Part shown: one piece after another, positions 21,847-32,144 of the stretch
Position numbering within the stretch: the stretch's first letter is position 1
How the letters are laid out: each line of letters starts with the position of its first letter
Assembly (NCBI GenBank): GCA_902597385.1
Contig: CACJXQ010000003.1
Coordinates: forward strand, 49,441 to 113,440
Length of the DNA: 64,000 nt
DNA from: an uncultured Pseudomonadota bacterium
GTDB lineage: Bacteria > Pseudomonadota > Gammaproteobacteria > Ga0077536
Direction of reading: 5' to 3'
Notes under the pieces: generated by a model
What the model saw: the letters and a program-made list of their open reading frames with translations, nothing else
Database searches by the model: none
Told to the model about the DNA's origin: nothing
Made by a program: the position numbers and the translations under genes

Positions 21847-22737
21847 GTGATCTCTCTAGCTAACGAGCGAGTTAAGCCCCTTATTGCTCTGGGTCTGATG
21901 ACGGTTCTTTGGGGATGCGGCTGGACCGTACTCAAAATTGGCCTCATAGACGCCGAGCCATTCAAATTCACAGCTTTAAGGATGTCCTTAAGTGCGATTT
22001 TTTTGCTACTCGTGCTAGCGTTCTCGGGCAGGCCTTTTCTCCCTACAAGAGTTCCAGAATTAATCATTTTAGGAATTATACAGACTTCCTTGTTGTTCAC
22101 TTTATCTACCTGTGCGGTAGATCAAGGTTCTTCAGGAAGAGTAGCATTCTTAGTGTATACCATGCCTTTCTTCACCCTAATTCTAGCTAGACTCCTCTTG
22201 GCAGAAAGGATAAGAGGGTTACAGTGGATAGCTATTTTCTTGGCTTTTTTGGGCCTTCTAGCAATTCTGGAACCTTGGAAACAGTCGCTTACATCCGAAG
22301 GAGGCTTCTTAGGAGTGGCGGCGGGAGCAGTCTGGGCCATTAGCGTAATTATGGTAAAGAAAATTCAAGATAAAGAGCCAATAGATATGATATCCATGAC
22401 TGCATGGCAAATGACTTTTGGAAGCGTACCTTTAATTTTTTTTGTATCGTTTGTCGATGAAAACCCAATAACGTGGTCCATTCGGTTTATTTTGGTTCTT
22501 GCATTTATCGCAATAGTAATAACAGGGCTTGGATGGTTGTTATGGGTTTATGCGCTAGAAAGGTTGGAGGCTGGCTCCGCAAGTCTCATCACGCTTGCAA
22601 CCCCCGTCGTTGCTATCTCCACCTCTACCCTTCTTTTAAATGAAAATCCAAATAACACTGAAATTGCAGGAATGACTTTAATTACTGCCGCTCTTCTGTT
22701 TTTAGTTGTTCACGCAAATAGGGATGCTGACCCATAA
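21847..22737 (+). CDS. EamA/DMT family transporter
   Basis: About 10 hydrophobic helices in two repeats, LWG, LLAERI, LLLNE. Confidence 0.88.
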   Translation: MISLANERVKPLIALGLMTVLWGCGWTVLKIGLIDAEPFKFTALRMSLSAIFLLLVLAFSGRPFLPTRVPELIILGIIQTSLLFTLSTCAVDQGSSGRVAFLVYTMPFFTLILARLLLAERIRGLQWIAIFLAFLGLLAILEPWKQSLTSEGGFLGVAAGAVWAISVIMVKKIQDKEPIDMISMTAWQMTFGSVPLIFFVSFVDENPITWSIRFILVLAFIAIVITGLGWLLWVYALERLEAGSASLITLATPVVAISTSTLLLNENPNNTEIAGMTLITAALLFLVVHANRDADP

Positions 22738-22781
22738 ATGATTTCCACCAACAGTCTCAAAAGAGCCTGATGGAGAAAAAC

Positions 22782-23408
22782 TTAAAAACTTTGAGCTAAT
22801 TGCTTTGCAGCATCGATGAGTTTATTCTCTAAGGACTGCAAATCTTCTGGAGGCGCCAAAGTGGGTTCAACCACCAGCCGTTCAACTTCCGTCAATCCAA
22901 TAAATCCAAGCCAGCTTTCAAAACTAGGCTTCTGAAGATCAAAAGCTTCTGTCTCACTACCAGCTTCATAACTGCCTCCAGCTGCATAAATTGCCAAAAC
23001 CTTACCCTGCACCAAGCCTTTAAAACCTTCCTCAGGAGAATGAGACCACGCTAAACCAGGTTGGGTAATCAAATCGATATAGTGTTTTAAAGTGTAGGGA
23101 AACCCGAAATTCCACATAGGCACAGAAAACACATATTTATCCGCTTGATTAAACTCGTCAAATAAAGATTCTATTTCCTTCCAGGCCTCCTCTTCAGCAG
23201 GAGTCGGAGCTTGCCCATGCATAATACTATATTTTGCGTTCAACCTATCTTCATTGAAAGGTGGAAGCGCCTTGCTCCACAGATCTATTACTTCAATAGT
23301 GTCCAATGGATTTTTATTTGAATATTCATCAAGGAAAGCTCGCGCTACCTTAATTGAATGCGATCTTTCTTTTCTAGGTGATGATTCAACATAAATTAGT
23401 TTCGCCAT
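22782..23408 (-). CDS. azoR: FMN-dependent NADH-azoreductase
   Basis: SSPRKERSHS, PMWNFGFPYTLKHYID, GFIGL. Confidence 0.88.
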   Translation of the reverse strand: MAKLIYVESSPRKERSHSIKVARAFLDEYSNKNPLDTIEVIDLWSKALPPFNEDRLNAKYSIMHGQAPTPAEEEAWKEIESLFDEFNQADKYVFSVPMWNFGFPYTLKHYIDLITQPGLAWSHSPEEGFKGLVQGKVLAIYAAGGSYEAGSETEAFDLQKPSFESWLGFIGLTEVERLVVEPTLAPPEDLQSLENKLIDAAKQLAQSF

Positions 23409-23512
23409 AATGTTTCCTTTACTTGATAGAATTACCTTTTATTCGATTGAAATGATTCACTATAAGAACAGAGCAAGTTTGTTTTCTTTTTCTCTAAGTC
23501 AATACATATTTT

Positions 23513-24646
23513 TCATTTAGAGCCACGGGAGGGTAAACTAGCAGTGGCTTTTCCTTTGGCAGAAAGTTCGCCATCTTGGTTTTTCGCAACTAATTCAAAA
23601 TCGACGAGATTTTTACCATTCTCTTTTCTTTTGTCAATCACTTCACCTTCTATGACTATGAGATCACCGACAGGATTATGTCTCCTTATCTCCGAGTATA
23701 AATGAATAAGCCTACCACTGTCCCCTATCCAATTAGTAATAGAGTGAGACAACCAAGAGCAACGCTCTGGCCCGTAATCATAAGCGCCTGGAGCCCCTAC
23801 CTTGCAAGCAAATTCTTCCTCCCAATGCACCCGTTCTGGGCAATCGGGTATTCCATATTTATTCTTTATCCCAGTCGCTGGATGTCGAGCCTGCATTTGC
23901 CAAGCTAGCTTATTGGCACGGATGTATAAACCGCCCCAACCCTGCGCATAGCATATGAATCCGGTAACTGTCATAGGACCTTTTGCCAATTTGGGAAGGG
24001 ACTGTCCCACCTCCACCTCCTCAAAGTATCGGGGCAGTGACCCTCTAATCCGCTCTTCTTCATAAAGTACGTTGTGCTCAGCAAGCTCCTCCTCGGAGTA
24101 CTGTTTTGTAGCATTTCCTTTTAAATCATCATATTTAGTACCCGCCTCGCGAGCTAAGTCCCGATCAGTTCTAAAGCACCAAGAATCTCCGCTTGCTAAC
24201 ATTTTTCCAGTCTTATCGAAGAAATCTACGTGATATGTTTGTTGAACTGAACGTCCCGCAAAAGATGTTTCATGCTCCACTAAATCTTTCAAATATGCCT
24301 CTGTAACTATCTCAGAATTTCTCGGAATTGGGGCGTACCAATAAAAATCACAGCCTGCAAACATAGCATGGACACCAGGAAGGCCACCAACGTAGCCGCT
24401 TATGATTCGACTGCAAGCAAAAATAAAGGATGGCGGAGCGATTATGTCTCCATACTCGGTGTCACTAGCGTAATCTGGATCACACCATAATGGGTTATCA
24501 TCACCTATACCATGCGCATAGTGCCTGATACTATCTCGTGTAGCCTCGTGGCACCAAGGCTCTAGCGACCGCTCTATCTTGACCCCAATTCGATTACGAA
24601 GTTCATCTAAAGCAGACTCTGTAATAGCTGAAAATTCTCTTTTAAT
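23513..24646 (-). CDS. Double hot-dog (FAS1/MaoC-like) acyl dehydratase, 377 aa with probable ATT start
   Basis: Frame stays open 94 codons upstream of the track ATG and contains ATRDSIRHYAHGIGDDNPLWCDPDYA...APPSF; C-terminal HWE...GAYDYG; AAGGAG 7 nt before ATT. Confidence 0.8.
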   Translation of the reverse strand: MKREFSAITESALDELRNRIGVKIERSLEPWCHEATRDSIRHYAHGIGDDNPLWCDPDYASDTEYGDIIAPPSFIFACSRIISGYVGGLPGVHAMFAGCDFYWYAPIPRNSEIVTEAYLKDLVEHETSFAGRSVQQTYHVDFFDKTGKMLASGDSWCFRTDRDLAREAGTKYDDLKGNATKQYSEEELAEHNVLYEEERIRGSLPRYFEEVEVGQSLPKLAKGPMTVTGFICYAQGWGGLYIRANKLAWQMQARHPATGIKNKYGIPDCPERVHWEEEFACKVGAPGAYDYGPERCSWLSHSITNWIGDSGRLIHLYSEIRRHNPVGDLIVIEGEVIDKRKENGKNLVDFELVAKNQDGELSAKGKATASLPSRGSK

Positions 24647-24699
24647 CTGGCTACTCCTTTTCTAACTGGCAAATAATAGATAATTTAAAAAATTTTAAT

Positions 24700-26235
24700 T
24701 CAGTCTCTCAAGGCTCCGTCTCGCAAAACTTTTCGATTCACTTTTCCGGCCGGCGTTTTTGGTAAGTCCTTCACAAAAGTGATATCTCTTGGGTACTCAT
24801 GTTGAGATAGTCTTTCTTTCATATATTGTTTCAACAGTTCGGCATCACCTTTAAATCCCTCTTCAATGACAACGTAACCCTTCGGAATCTGACCTCTAGT
24901 CTCATCAGGAACTCCTATTACCGCAGCCTCCGCCACTGACACATGAGTCAAGAGGATATTTTCTATCTCGACAGCACTCATAGTCCAGCCAGCCGAAATG
25001 ATTACATCGTCCGACCTACCAGAATGGAAAAAATAACCCTCATCATCATAATAACCGAAATCTTTAACTCTAAACCATTCTCCTTTACGCTTTACAGCTA
25101 TCTCACCTATTTCATTTGCCAAAGCCACCTCTCCGGACTCACTCAATATCGTCACATCATTTCCTGGCGCAGGCTTACCTAAGGCCCCGCGTTTCACCAG
25201 ATGCCCTTTCATTCCAGGATAATCGACCATAATAACACCGACCTCAGTGGTACCGTAAATACTAGAAGGGGAGACTCCGAAGTAATCTGTGACCCAATCA
25301 AATGTCTTTGCATCCAGAGGTTCCCCAGTAAAAGTGCACTTTGAAACCGAAAGATTATAATTTGATTCCGAACTTTCTCTACGTAACATGCGGTAGACAG
25401 TTGCCGCAGCTGCAAAATTATTAACCTTTAATTCTTGTAACGCTTCCAACACCATTTTTGCTTGAAACTTCCCTGAATAAGCTACAATCTGAATACCTAG
25501 AGCTAACGGTGCTATTGTTCCATGCCAAAGACCGTGTCCCCACGCGGGTGATGATGGACAAAAGTATATGTCTCCAGGCCTCAATCCTGTACCGAATAGC
25601 GCAGCAATCATTAAAGTCACTACCGACCTCTGCGAATGCTTGACCGCCTCCGGCAACTCTCGAGTAGTCCCTGAGGTATATTGGTACACACACAAATCTT
25701 TTGATTTCGTGGCAACCTTAAAATCTGATGGATACTTGTCTAGAGAGTTAAAGAACTGTTCGTCGGCTTTTAAAACTGGTATGGAGGGATACTGTACACG
25801 GATAGCATCGACCTCGTGGGCCACAATAATCGCAGGTTCACAATCTTTTATTCGAAGTGCTAAACCGTCTGGTCCAAATAAAGTAAAAAGGGGAACCGCT
25901 ATTGCGCCTCGCTTAATTGCCCCAAAGAGACAAGCATAGAAAATTCGGCCAGGTTCGAGGACTAACGCAACTCTATCCCCTTTTGAAATATTACGCTCCT
26001 GTAAAAAATGAGCAAACTGACTGGAGTCTCGGATTAGCTGATCGAAATCCACATACTCAAGCCTGCCATTGTCATGTTTTACGGTAATCGCCCGACCTTT
26101 CCCACGGTGTCTGTCAACACACTCGTGAGCTAAGTTCATATTTTCTCTATCGCCATCAAACAGGCGCCAGAGCTCTTCCATAGAAAACTTCTGTTGCACC
26201 TCCAGATAGTCAGTTGCATTTAACAAAAACGACAT
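24700..26235 (-). CDS. Acyl-CoA synthetase (AMP-forming)
   Basis: YTSGTT, YGTTE, GRSDDVIISAG, LPKTPAGKV. Confidence 0.9.
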   Translation of the reverse strand: MSFLLNATDYLEVQQKFSMEELWRLFDGDRENMNLAHECVDRHRGKGRAITVKHDNGRLEYVDFDQLIRDSSQFAHFLQERNISKGDRVALVLEPGRIFYACLFGAIKRGAIAVPLFTLFGPDGLALRIKDCEPAIIVAHEVDAIRVQYPSIPVLKADEQFFNSLDKYPSDFKVATKSKDLCVYQYTSGTTRELPEAVKHSQRSVVTLMIAALFGTGLRPGDIYFCPSSPAWGHGLWHGTIAPLALGIQIVAYSGKFQAKMVLEALQELKVNNFAAAATVYRMLRRESSESNYNLSVSKCTFTGEPLDAKTFDWVTDYFGVSPSSIYGTTEVGVIMVDYPGMKGHLVKRGALGKPAPGNDVTILSESGEVALANEIGEIAVKRKGEWFRVKDFGYYDDEGYFFHSGRSDDVIISAGWTMSAVEIENILLTHVSVAEAAVIGVPDETRGQIPKGYVVIEEGFKGDAELLKQYMKERLSQHEYPRDITFVKDLPKTPAGKVNRKVLRDGALRD

Positions 26236-26313
26236 AGGTTGAATGCCTTACCGGTTCAAAAAAATAATAGAAACGTCCTGCCCAATATGCTACAACTAGG
26301 TTTCGCTTTACAA

Positions 26314-27186
26314 TTAGCTAATAGATACTTTTACATCATCCCCAACGCTAATTTTACCTTTCTCTGAGACATTGGCATAAACACCAACATTCCTTCCAGT
26401 CTTTTTCGCGATGGTCCTGAGTACATTTATATCACGAGGCAAAGTACCAGTTGAATGAGTAGTCATACTGCACCTTATGGTGGGAATTTCACAGGCAAAT
26501 TCTGTACCGCCAATATGTAAATTTTTACCGCACCAGTTTAATTCTGCTAGGCCCGAAATATCAGTTTCGACGACTATATTGGGTCGAAACCGGTCTCTTT
26601 CAAAAGAAGAGTCAGGTGAATGTTTACTAAGTTCTCTCAGCCAGCTAGTCGTGAGCAGATGGATAGGATAAGCGTCGAAATAGGTTCCTTTCGGTGTTGC
26701 AAATTCGTTAATTTCTTCCAATTTATCTGCGGGAAAAACGGACAGGTCTGGGAGTGGCTCGTCTTTCCCCAAGCCTAGCATCTGCCTAATCATGTCCTCA
26801 CTCAACTCCTCCTTCCTTTTATAATGTTCCTCGTTGGTTTCTGAGAGGCGAGGAAATAGGGTAACTTCAGTATTTAAATAATCGGAAATCTTTTGACTAA
26901 CCCCTTCCGAATCAGTTCGAATCGTATTGCCATCTGGGAATAATATGTCTGCAGGCGGCACCGTAGAGGCAGTGGGTTCTGACAAATATTTTGCGGAACA
27001 CTGCATCAAATCGGGAAAGCGTTTCGCTCCCTTTATTTCTCCTGAATTATTATCTTTTACAGCCCACCCTCTATCTCCGTTGAGGCCTAGAGAATCTATA
27101 TCAGCAACTTGCAGAGATTCGCCTCTCATGGACTTTACGGGATAACGCCAGATCTCTAGTACTCGGCCTACTGTTTCATACTTCAT
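26314..27186 (-). CDS. MOSC domain protein
   Basis: WRYPVKSMRGE, GDRGWAV, RFRPNIVV, RCSMTT, GVYA...GD. Confidence 0.9.
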   Translation of the reverse strand: MKYETVGRVLEIWRYPVKSMRGESLQVADIDSLGLNGDRGWAVKDNNSGEIKGAKRFPDLMQCSAKYLSEPTASTVPPADILFPDGNTIRTDSEGVSQKISDYLNTEVTLFPRLSETNEEHYKRKEELSEDMIRQMLGLGKDEPLPDLSVFPADKLEEINEFATPKGTYFDAYPIHLLTTSWLRELSKHSPDSSFERDRFRPNIVVETDISGLAELNWCGKNLHIGGTEFACEIPTIRCSMTTHSTGTLPRDINVLRTIAKKTGRNVGVYANVSEKGKISVGDDVKVSIS

Positions 27187-27200
27187 TAAACAAATTCCTT

Positions 27201-28646
27201 TTAAGTTTCATACCAAATTTGAGGCTTCCTATCTTTCCAAGGAACTGCCTCTTCTAATTGAGCGGCTAGATTAATAAGCGTCGCTTCATCATTCAACTTA
27301 GCGGCAAATTGCATTCCTATCGGCAACCCATCCGGGGACCAATGAAGAGGTAAGGAAATAGCAGGCTGACCCGTGGTGTTAAAAAGTGGCGTGAAGGGAA
27401 TCCAATCAAAGACTTGCCTACTCCATTCCCTCGCATCGACCCCAGCTGCATTTTGGTCCAAAGTTCCAAGCTTAAGCGGAGGTTGAGAGATGGTGGGCGT
27501 GAGTAGGAGGTCAAAACGCTCGAACATTGCACCGGTTTGTCTACTGATTAAATTAAAGTTTGCCAGAGCAGTTTGTAGCTCAAATGCACTTAGAGATTTT
27601 CCGTGCTTATATATTTCCCATGTTACTCTCTCCAAATTTTCAAGAGAGGGAGATGTTCCGACTTTGTTTGCTAGGCCTTCAATTCCCCAAGCGACATAAG
27701 AGGTCCATATTACTATCAATTGCTCAAAATAGAATTGCCAATCAATATCGAAACTCTCTTCTACCATTTCGTGACCGAGGCTTTCTAGACTGGAAACAGT
27801 CTTATTCAAACCATCGAGCACATGAGGGTGGACATTCGCTCCATTAATTGGCTTACCCGTCCAACCTATCCGTAATTTTTTAGGCTTATCAGTACATTGC
27901 TGGATATAAGGTTTTTCAGGTGCCATTATTATATTCGGAGGGCCAATATCAGGTCCTTGTACAGCATCTAACATTGTCGCTGTATCTCGGACAGTTCTAC
28001 TTACAATTAGCTCAATAGCGTAGCCATTTAACCAGTCACCAAACCCTGGTCCGGTGGGTACCCGCTGCCGAGTGGGCTTTAAACCGACCAGCCCGCAACA
28101 AGAGGCCGGAATTCTTATCGAGCCTCCACCATCATTGGCATGGCCCATTGGTACCACTCCGGCAGCAACCATAGCCGCAGAACCGCCACTAGAACCTCCC
28201 GGCGTTCGAGAAAGGTCCCAAGGATTATGAGTAGGGCTGTAGAACTTAGACTCCGTGGTAGGGTTATAGCCAAATTCAGGAGTCGCACACATGGCCGCCG
28301 TTACCACACCCGAATTTCTGAATCTTTTCATCAATTCACTGTCTTCAGACGCAACCACACTAGCTCCCAATTTACTCCCAGCTCTGCTGGGCGTTCCTTT
28401 CGCCTGAATCCCCAGTTCTTTCAGAAAAAATGGAACGCCGGTAAAGGGACCTCGCGGCAGATCAGAACTAGCCTCGGCACGAGCCATTTCATCAATTCTG
28501 GCAGTTACCCCATTCAGCTTCTCATTAACGGCTTCAATTCCCGACAGAGCGTCTTCTAATAACTCTGATGGTGTTACCTCTCCCTTCTCCACTAGTTTCG
28601 CTAAGCCAACACCATCGTAATTGGAATAGCCATCTAAGTTTGCCAT
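27201..28646 (-). CDS. Amidase signature family enzyme
   Basis: GVPFFLKE, GGSSGGSAA, DGGGSIRIPASCCG. Confidence 0.93.
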   Translation of the reverse strand: MANLDGYSNYDGVGLAKLVEKGEVTPSELLEDALSGIEAVNEKLNGVTARIDEMARAEASSDLPRGPFTGVPFFLKELGIQAKGTPSRAGSKLGASVVASEDSELMKRFRNSGVVTAAMCATPEFGYNPTTESKFYSPTHNPWDLSRTPGGSSGGSAAMVAAGVVPMGHANDGGGSIRIPASCCGLVGLKPTRQRVPTGPGFGDWLNGYAIELIVSRTVRDTATMLDAVQGPDIGPPNIIMAPEKPYIQQCTDKPKKLRIGWTGKPINGANVHPHVLDGLNKTVSSLESLGHEMVEESFDIDWQFYFEQLIVIWTSYVAWGIEGLANKVGTSPSLENLERVTWEIYKHGKSLSAFELQTALANFNLISRQTGAMFERFDLLLTPTISQPPLKLGTLDQNAAGVDAREWSRQVFDWIPFTPLFNTTGQPAISLPLHWSPDGLPIGMQFAAKLNDEATLINLAAQLEEAVPWKDRKPQIWYET

Positions 28647-28844
28647 ATCAGCCCCCCTTCAGATCTTTAAAAAGACATATCTCGATTACAGAGTCTACTT
28701 TAGCCTACAAGAAAAAGTCTATCAGTGTTCGCCGAACCTCTTTTACTATCTTAAACACTTATACCAGTTTATTTCAGTTTCTTTCTAGAATCTGATGTTT
28801 CAATATGATTTAAGGTAGAATATAAATTAAACGAGGCAAAAATT

Positions 28845-29465
28845 TTGAATATCCACAGTTGTGAAAATTCGAGGGGATTGAGACCGATTTGGTGTGCTGA
28901 AGAAATGGAACTGGAATATGATGTAACCATGCTCCCTTTTCCACCTCGTGTCCTAAAACCAGAGTACCTAGATATTAATCCACTTGGAACGATTCCTTTC
29001 CTAGAGGATGGTCACGTAAAAATGACTGAATCAGTAGGAATGTGTATATATCTAGTCGAAAAATATGGTCCAACAGATTTATCAATCCGACCAGAGGAAG
29101 CGGACTACCATTTGTACTTAAATTGGTTAACACACGCTGACGCCACACTTACCTTTCCGCAGACGGTAGTTTTACGATACACCATACAAGAACCAGGGGT
29201 AGCTGACGCAGCAGCCGAGGGCTATCGAAGATGGTTTGTCTCTCGACTAAAAATGCTCGAGTCTTCCCTTCGTGATCGGGAATTTCTCTGCAGTGATAGA
29301 TTCACTATCGCCGATATATGTGTAAGTTATGCTATTTTTTTAGCCAAACAACTCAACATAGAACAAGCTATGAAGCCTAATATTACACGCTGGACCACAG
29401 CCTTATTTGAGCGTCCCGCTTTCAAAAGAGCACACGCACACAAATATATCGAAACCTGTGGATAG
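28845..29465 (+). CDS. Glutathione S-transferase family protein
   Basis: INPLGTIP, MTES, FTIADI. Confidence 0.88.
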   Translation: MNIHSCENSRGLRPIWCAEEMELEYDVTMLPFPPRVLKPEYLDINPLGTIPFLEDGHVKMTESVGMCIYLVEKYGPTDLSIRPEEADYHLYLNWLTHADATLTFPQTVVLRYTIQEPGVADAAAEGYRRWFVSRLKMLESSLRDREFLCSDRFTIADICVSYAIFLAKQLNIEQAMKPNITRWTTALFERPAFKRAHAHKYIETCG

Positions 29466-29488
29466 CGTTTTCAATATTTAAATATTGG

Positions 29489-29878
29489 TTAGCCTATTCG
29501 AGCATTAACACGAATCTCCAAAAGCGCATCCGGAAACGCAAGCTCACTGACACCAATCGCAGTCCAAGCAGGGTACGGTTCCTCTATATATTTATCTTTT
29601 ACACTCATAAAAGCCTTGAGGTGCTCGTTCAAGCCAATATGAAAAGTTGTCATCTCCAATATATTCGTATAGTCACCCCCTGCCTCTTTCAGCACTTCGC
29701 CAACACTAAGAAAAGCTTGCTCAAACTGTGTGACTGGGTCAAGAGACGCTTTCATAGTAGTAAGATCAACACCGATTACACCCGAACATCTCAGAATATC
29801 TTTATCCAATACCGCCGGAGAAAAATGGAACTCCTCATAGAACAGTTTCATAGATGCGGGAATGATACTCTTAGCCAT
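29489..29878 (-). CDS. RidA/YjgF family protein
   Basis: FSPAV, SGVIG, PYPAWTAIGVSELA...LLEI. Confidence 0.87.
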   Translation of the reverse strand: MAKSIIPASMKLFYEEFHFSPAVLDKDILRCSGVIGVDLTTMKASLDPVTQFEQAFLSVGEVLKEAGGDYTNILEMTTFHIGLNEHLKAFMSVKDKYIEEPYPAWTAIGVSELAFPDALLEIRVNARIG

Positions 29879-29888
29879 AAAAAACCCC

Positions 29889-30617
29889 CTATAAATGAAT
29901 TGCTGTCAAAAATTCTAAACACTTCTGCTTGGCTTTCTCTCGTGCCTCACCACTCTTCCAATCTTGAATAAAGGTTACTTGAGGTGATATTTCTGAAATC
30001 ATAAGAGATGTGGATTTAGGATGATAAATATCATCCCCCATGAGCACCAAAAGTGGAACCTCACATTGGCTAACAAATGCCTCATCCACGTTGAACAACA
30101 CCTTGTCTCCTCCAAACATATTTTCCCTAAAACTAGACCAAGCTTCCGATTCAACTTCTGGCATTTGAGACCGTAAACTATTAGACCAATCATCAAACAA
30201 GGAAAAAAATACATCACGATTATTATCCAGTCCAATAGTTTGAAAAAGGGTTGCAGATAACACACGGTCAGAAATACGTTCAATCAGGCCGAATGCGTAA
30301 GGACCACCAATACACATCCCAATCACATGAAATTGTTTAATATCTAAATAATCCATGAGTCCGATCTGGTCAGTTGCAAAGCTATGCCAGCCGTCCTGAG
30401 AAGATATAGGAGCTTTTGAGTGACCCGCATTTCTCTGGTCCATCGCTACGACTCGAAATTTTTCTTTGAGATGAACTCGCGGATCCCAAGGGGTGCCTTC
30501 CCAAAATCTAAGTGAAGATTTCATTCCTCCTGGCGCCAAAAGCAAAACTGCGGGTAAATTCTCCTCAGAGTCTTCGTAATAAATCGACACCTCTCCTTGC
30601 CGGAAAATAGGCATCAT
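29889..30617 (-). CDS. Alpha/beta hydrolase with Cys at the nucleophile elbow
   Basis: MDQRNAGHS, GMCIGG, GDDIYHP. Confidence 0.8.
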   Translation of the reverse strand: MMPIFRQGEVSIYYEDSEENLPAVLLLAPGGMKSSLRFWEGTPWDPRVHLKEKFRVVAMDQRNAGHSKAPISSQDGWHSFATDQIGLMDYLDIKQFHVIGMCIGGPYAFGLIERISDRVLSATLFQTIGLDNNRDVFFSLFDDWSNSLRSQMPEVESEAWSSFRENMFGGDKVLFNVDEAFVSQCEVPLLVLMGDDIYHPKSTSLMISEISPQVTFIQDWKSGEAREKAKQKCLEFLTAIHL

Positions 30618-30804
30618 AATCTCCTTTTAATCATTATAATTTCTCTACATCAGACTACATTTGGTATTTAGATATGAGAGCTAAGTTCTATCACACAGCT
30701 AGCATATCTGGAAGTTTTTTAATCCTTCTGGCCTGAGAATAACGAGACGTTCTATGGTTCAATCAGCTAGTTGCGCCCTCACCTCTCGAGAGAAACTCTG
30801 TAAA

Positions 30805-31692
30805 TCAATCATGCACCTTGAGAAATTTCGAAATGCATTCAAGGAATTTTTCAGCCTCCTCGATATGAGCAACATGTGCTGATTCTTCAAAAATAAGCAA
30901 AGAAGAGCCATTCACACCTGCATGCAAGGTTTGAGCGCATCTTGGCCCCAACTCATCATATCTCCCGCACGTGATTAATACGGGTGTTGTTATTTTATGC
31001 AAGTCCGTAGTTCGATCCCAATATCGTAAATTACCTATGGTGGTGAATTCATTTGGTCCATTAATTGCAGGATATACCGGAGAGTGCAGAAGATTCTCTA
31101 CGGTACGCATCAGACAATCTGGCCATTCGCTTAATCGACATAGATGTCTTCTGTAAAAGTATTCTTCCGCAAAAACATAGTCCGGGTGCTTGAAATCACC
31201 GCGATTACCATGATATCGCAACGCGGTTCGATGTTCTTTTGGTAGCTCTTCTATGAGCCGCTCACATTCTGCAGAAAATTCAGGTATCGACGCTGACGTT
31301 GACGCGAGTATAACGCTCGCTAATCCGGCCGGCTCTCGTAGCAGATATTCCAAACCCAGCCAACCACCCCAAGACTGGCCCATTAAGTGGCAACGATCGA
31401 TACCCAGTTTTTCTCGCACTTCTTGCACTTCGTCGGCGAAGCGTTCTATGGTCCACAAAGAAGGGTTTTCAGGAATATCTGATTTTCCACAGCCGAGTTG
31501 GTCATAAAATATAACGGGGCGTTCGTCACCTAATGCGGCAAGTGGTTCAAGATAATCATGCCCGGCACCTGGCCCACCGTGGAGTAGAAGCAAAGGTAAC
31601 CCTGGACCATCGCCTATTCGCTTTGTCCATATCTTATGTCCATTTTCTAACGTGATCGTAGTATCCATGTTTACCTTATATTTTTTTTCCAA
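30805..31692 (-). CDS. Proline iminopeptidase-family hydrolase
   Basis: HGGPG, YDQLGCGKS, GQSWGG, GRYDE, SAHVAH. Confidence 0.9.
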   Translation of the reverse strand: MEKKYKVNMDTTITLENGHKIWTKRIGDGPGLPLLLLHGGPGAGHDYLEPLAALGDERPVIFYDQLGCGKSDIPENPSLWTIERFADEVQEVREKLGIDRCHLMGQSWGGWLGLEYLLREPAGLASVILASTSASIPEFSAECERLIEELPKEHRTALRYHGNRGDFKHPDYVFAEEYFYRRHLCRLSEWPDCLMRTVENLLHSPVYPAINGPNEFTTIGNLRYWDRTTDLHKITTPVLITCGRYDELGPRCAQTLHAGVNGSSLLIFEESAHVAHIEEAEKFLECISKFLKVHD

Positions 31693-31844
31693 CTTGACTG
31701 CACAACAAAATCTACAGTTAGCTCAGAAAAATTGAAAGAATGGTTCAACCATGGCTCAGCAACCCATGTTTTCATAAAAAGGGGGGCAACTCTGACACAG
31801 ACACCTATAGAATTTCAAAGACATCTTCACTATAACCCAGCGCG

Positions 31845-31936
31845 TGGCGGAGAGAGAGGGATTCGAACCCTCGATACGGGATAAACCGCATACTCCCTTA
31901 GCAGGGGAGCGCCTTCAGCCACTCGGCCACCTCTCC
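31845..31936 (-). tRNA. tRNA-Ser(GCT)
   Basis: Reverse complement GGAGAGGTGGCCGAGTGGCTGAAGGCGCTCCCCTGCTAAGGGAG...GGTTCGAATCCCTCTCTCTCCGCCA; long variable arm, encoded CCA. Confidence 0.96.
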
Positions 31937-32144
31937 ATTGCGGATAAACTTTTATTGTATCAACAACTTTTTCTAATTTCATATTAAATGTCTGATCTAC
32001 TCTTTAGATGTCAATGTCAACAGCGCTTCAGTTGGTGTTGCCCAAATTGGGGGAAGTTGACATCTGACTGATGGTCAATTAATCCACTGGGGGCTTTTAA
32101 TTAGGCTGGAACGGTTATGCGGGCAAAATAAGAATCTCTCGGTG

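Noticed and set aside
22782-31844. Catabolic gene block as a tRNA-Ser-anchored genomic island
   Set aside because: No duplicated tRNA 3' end, no integrase and no compositional break seen
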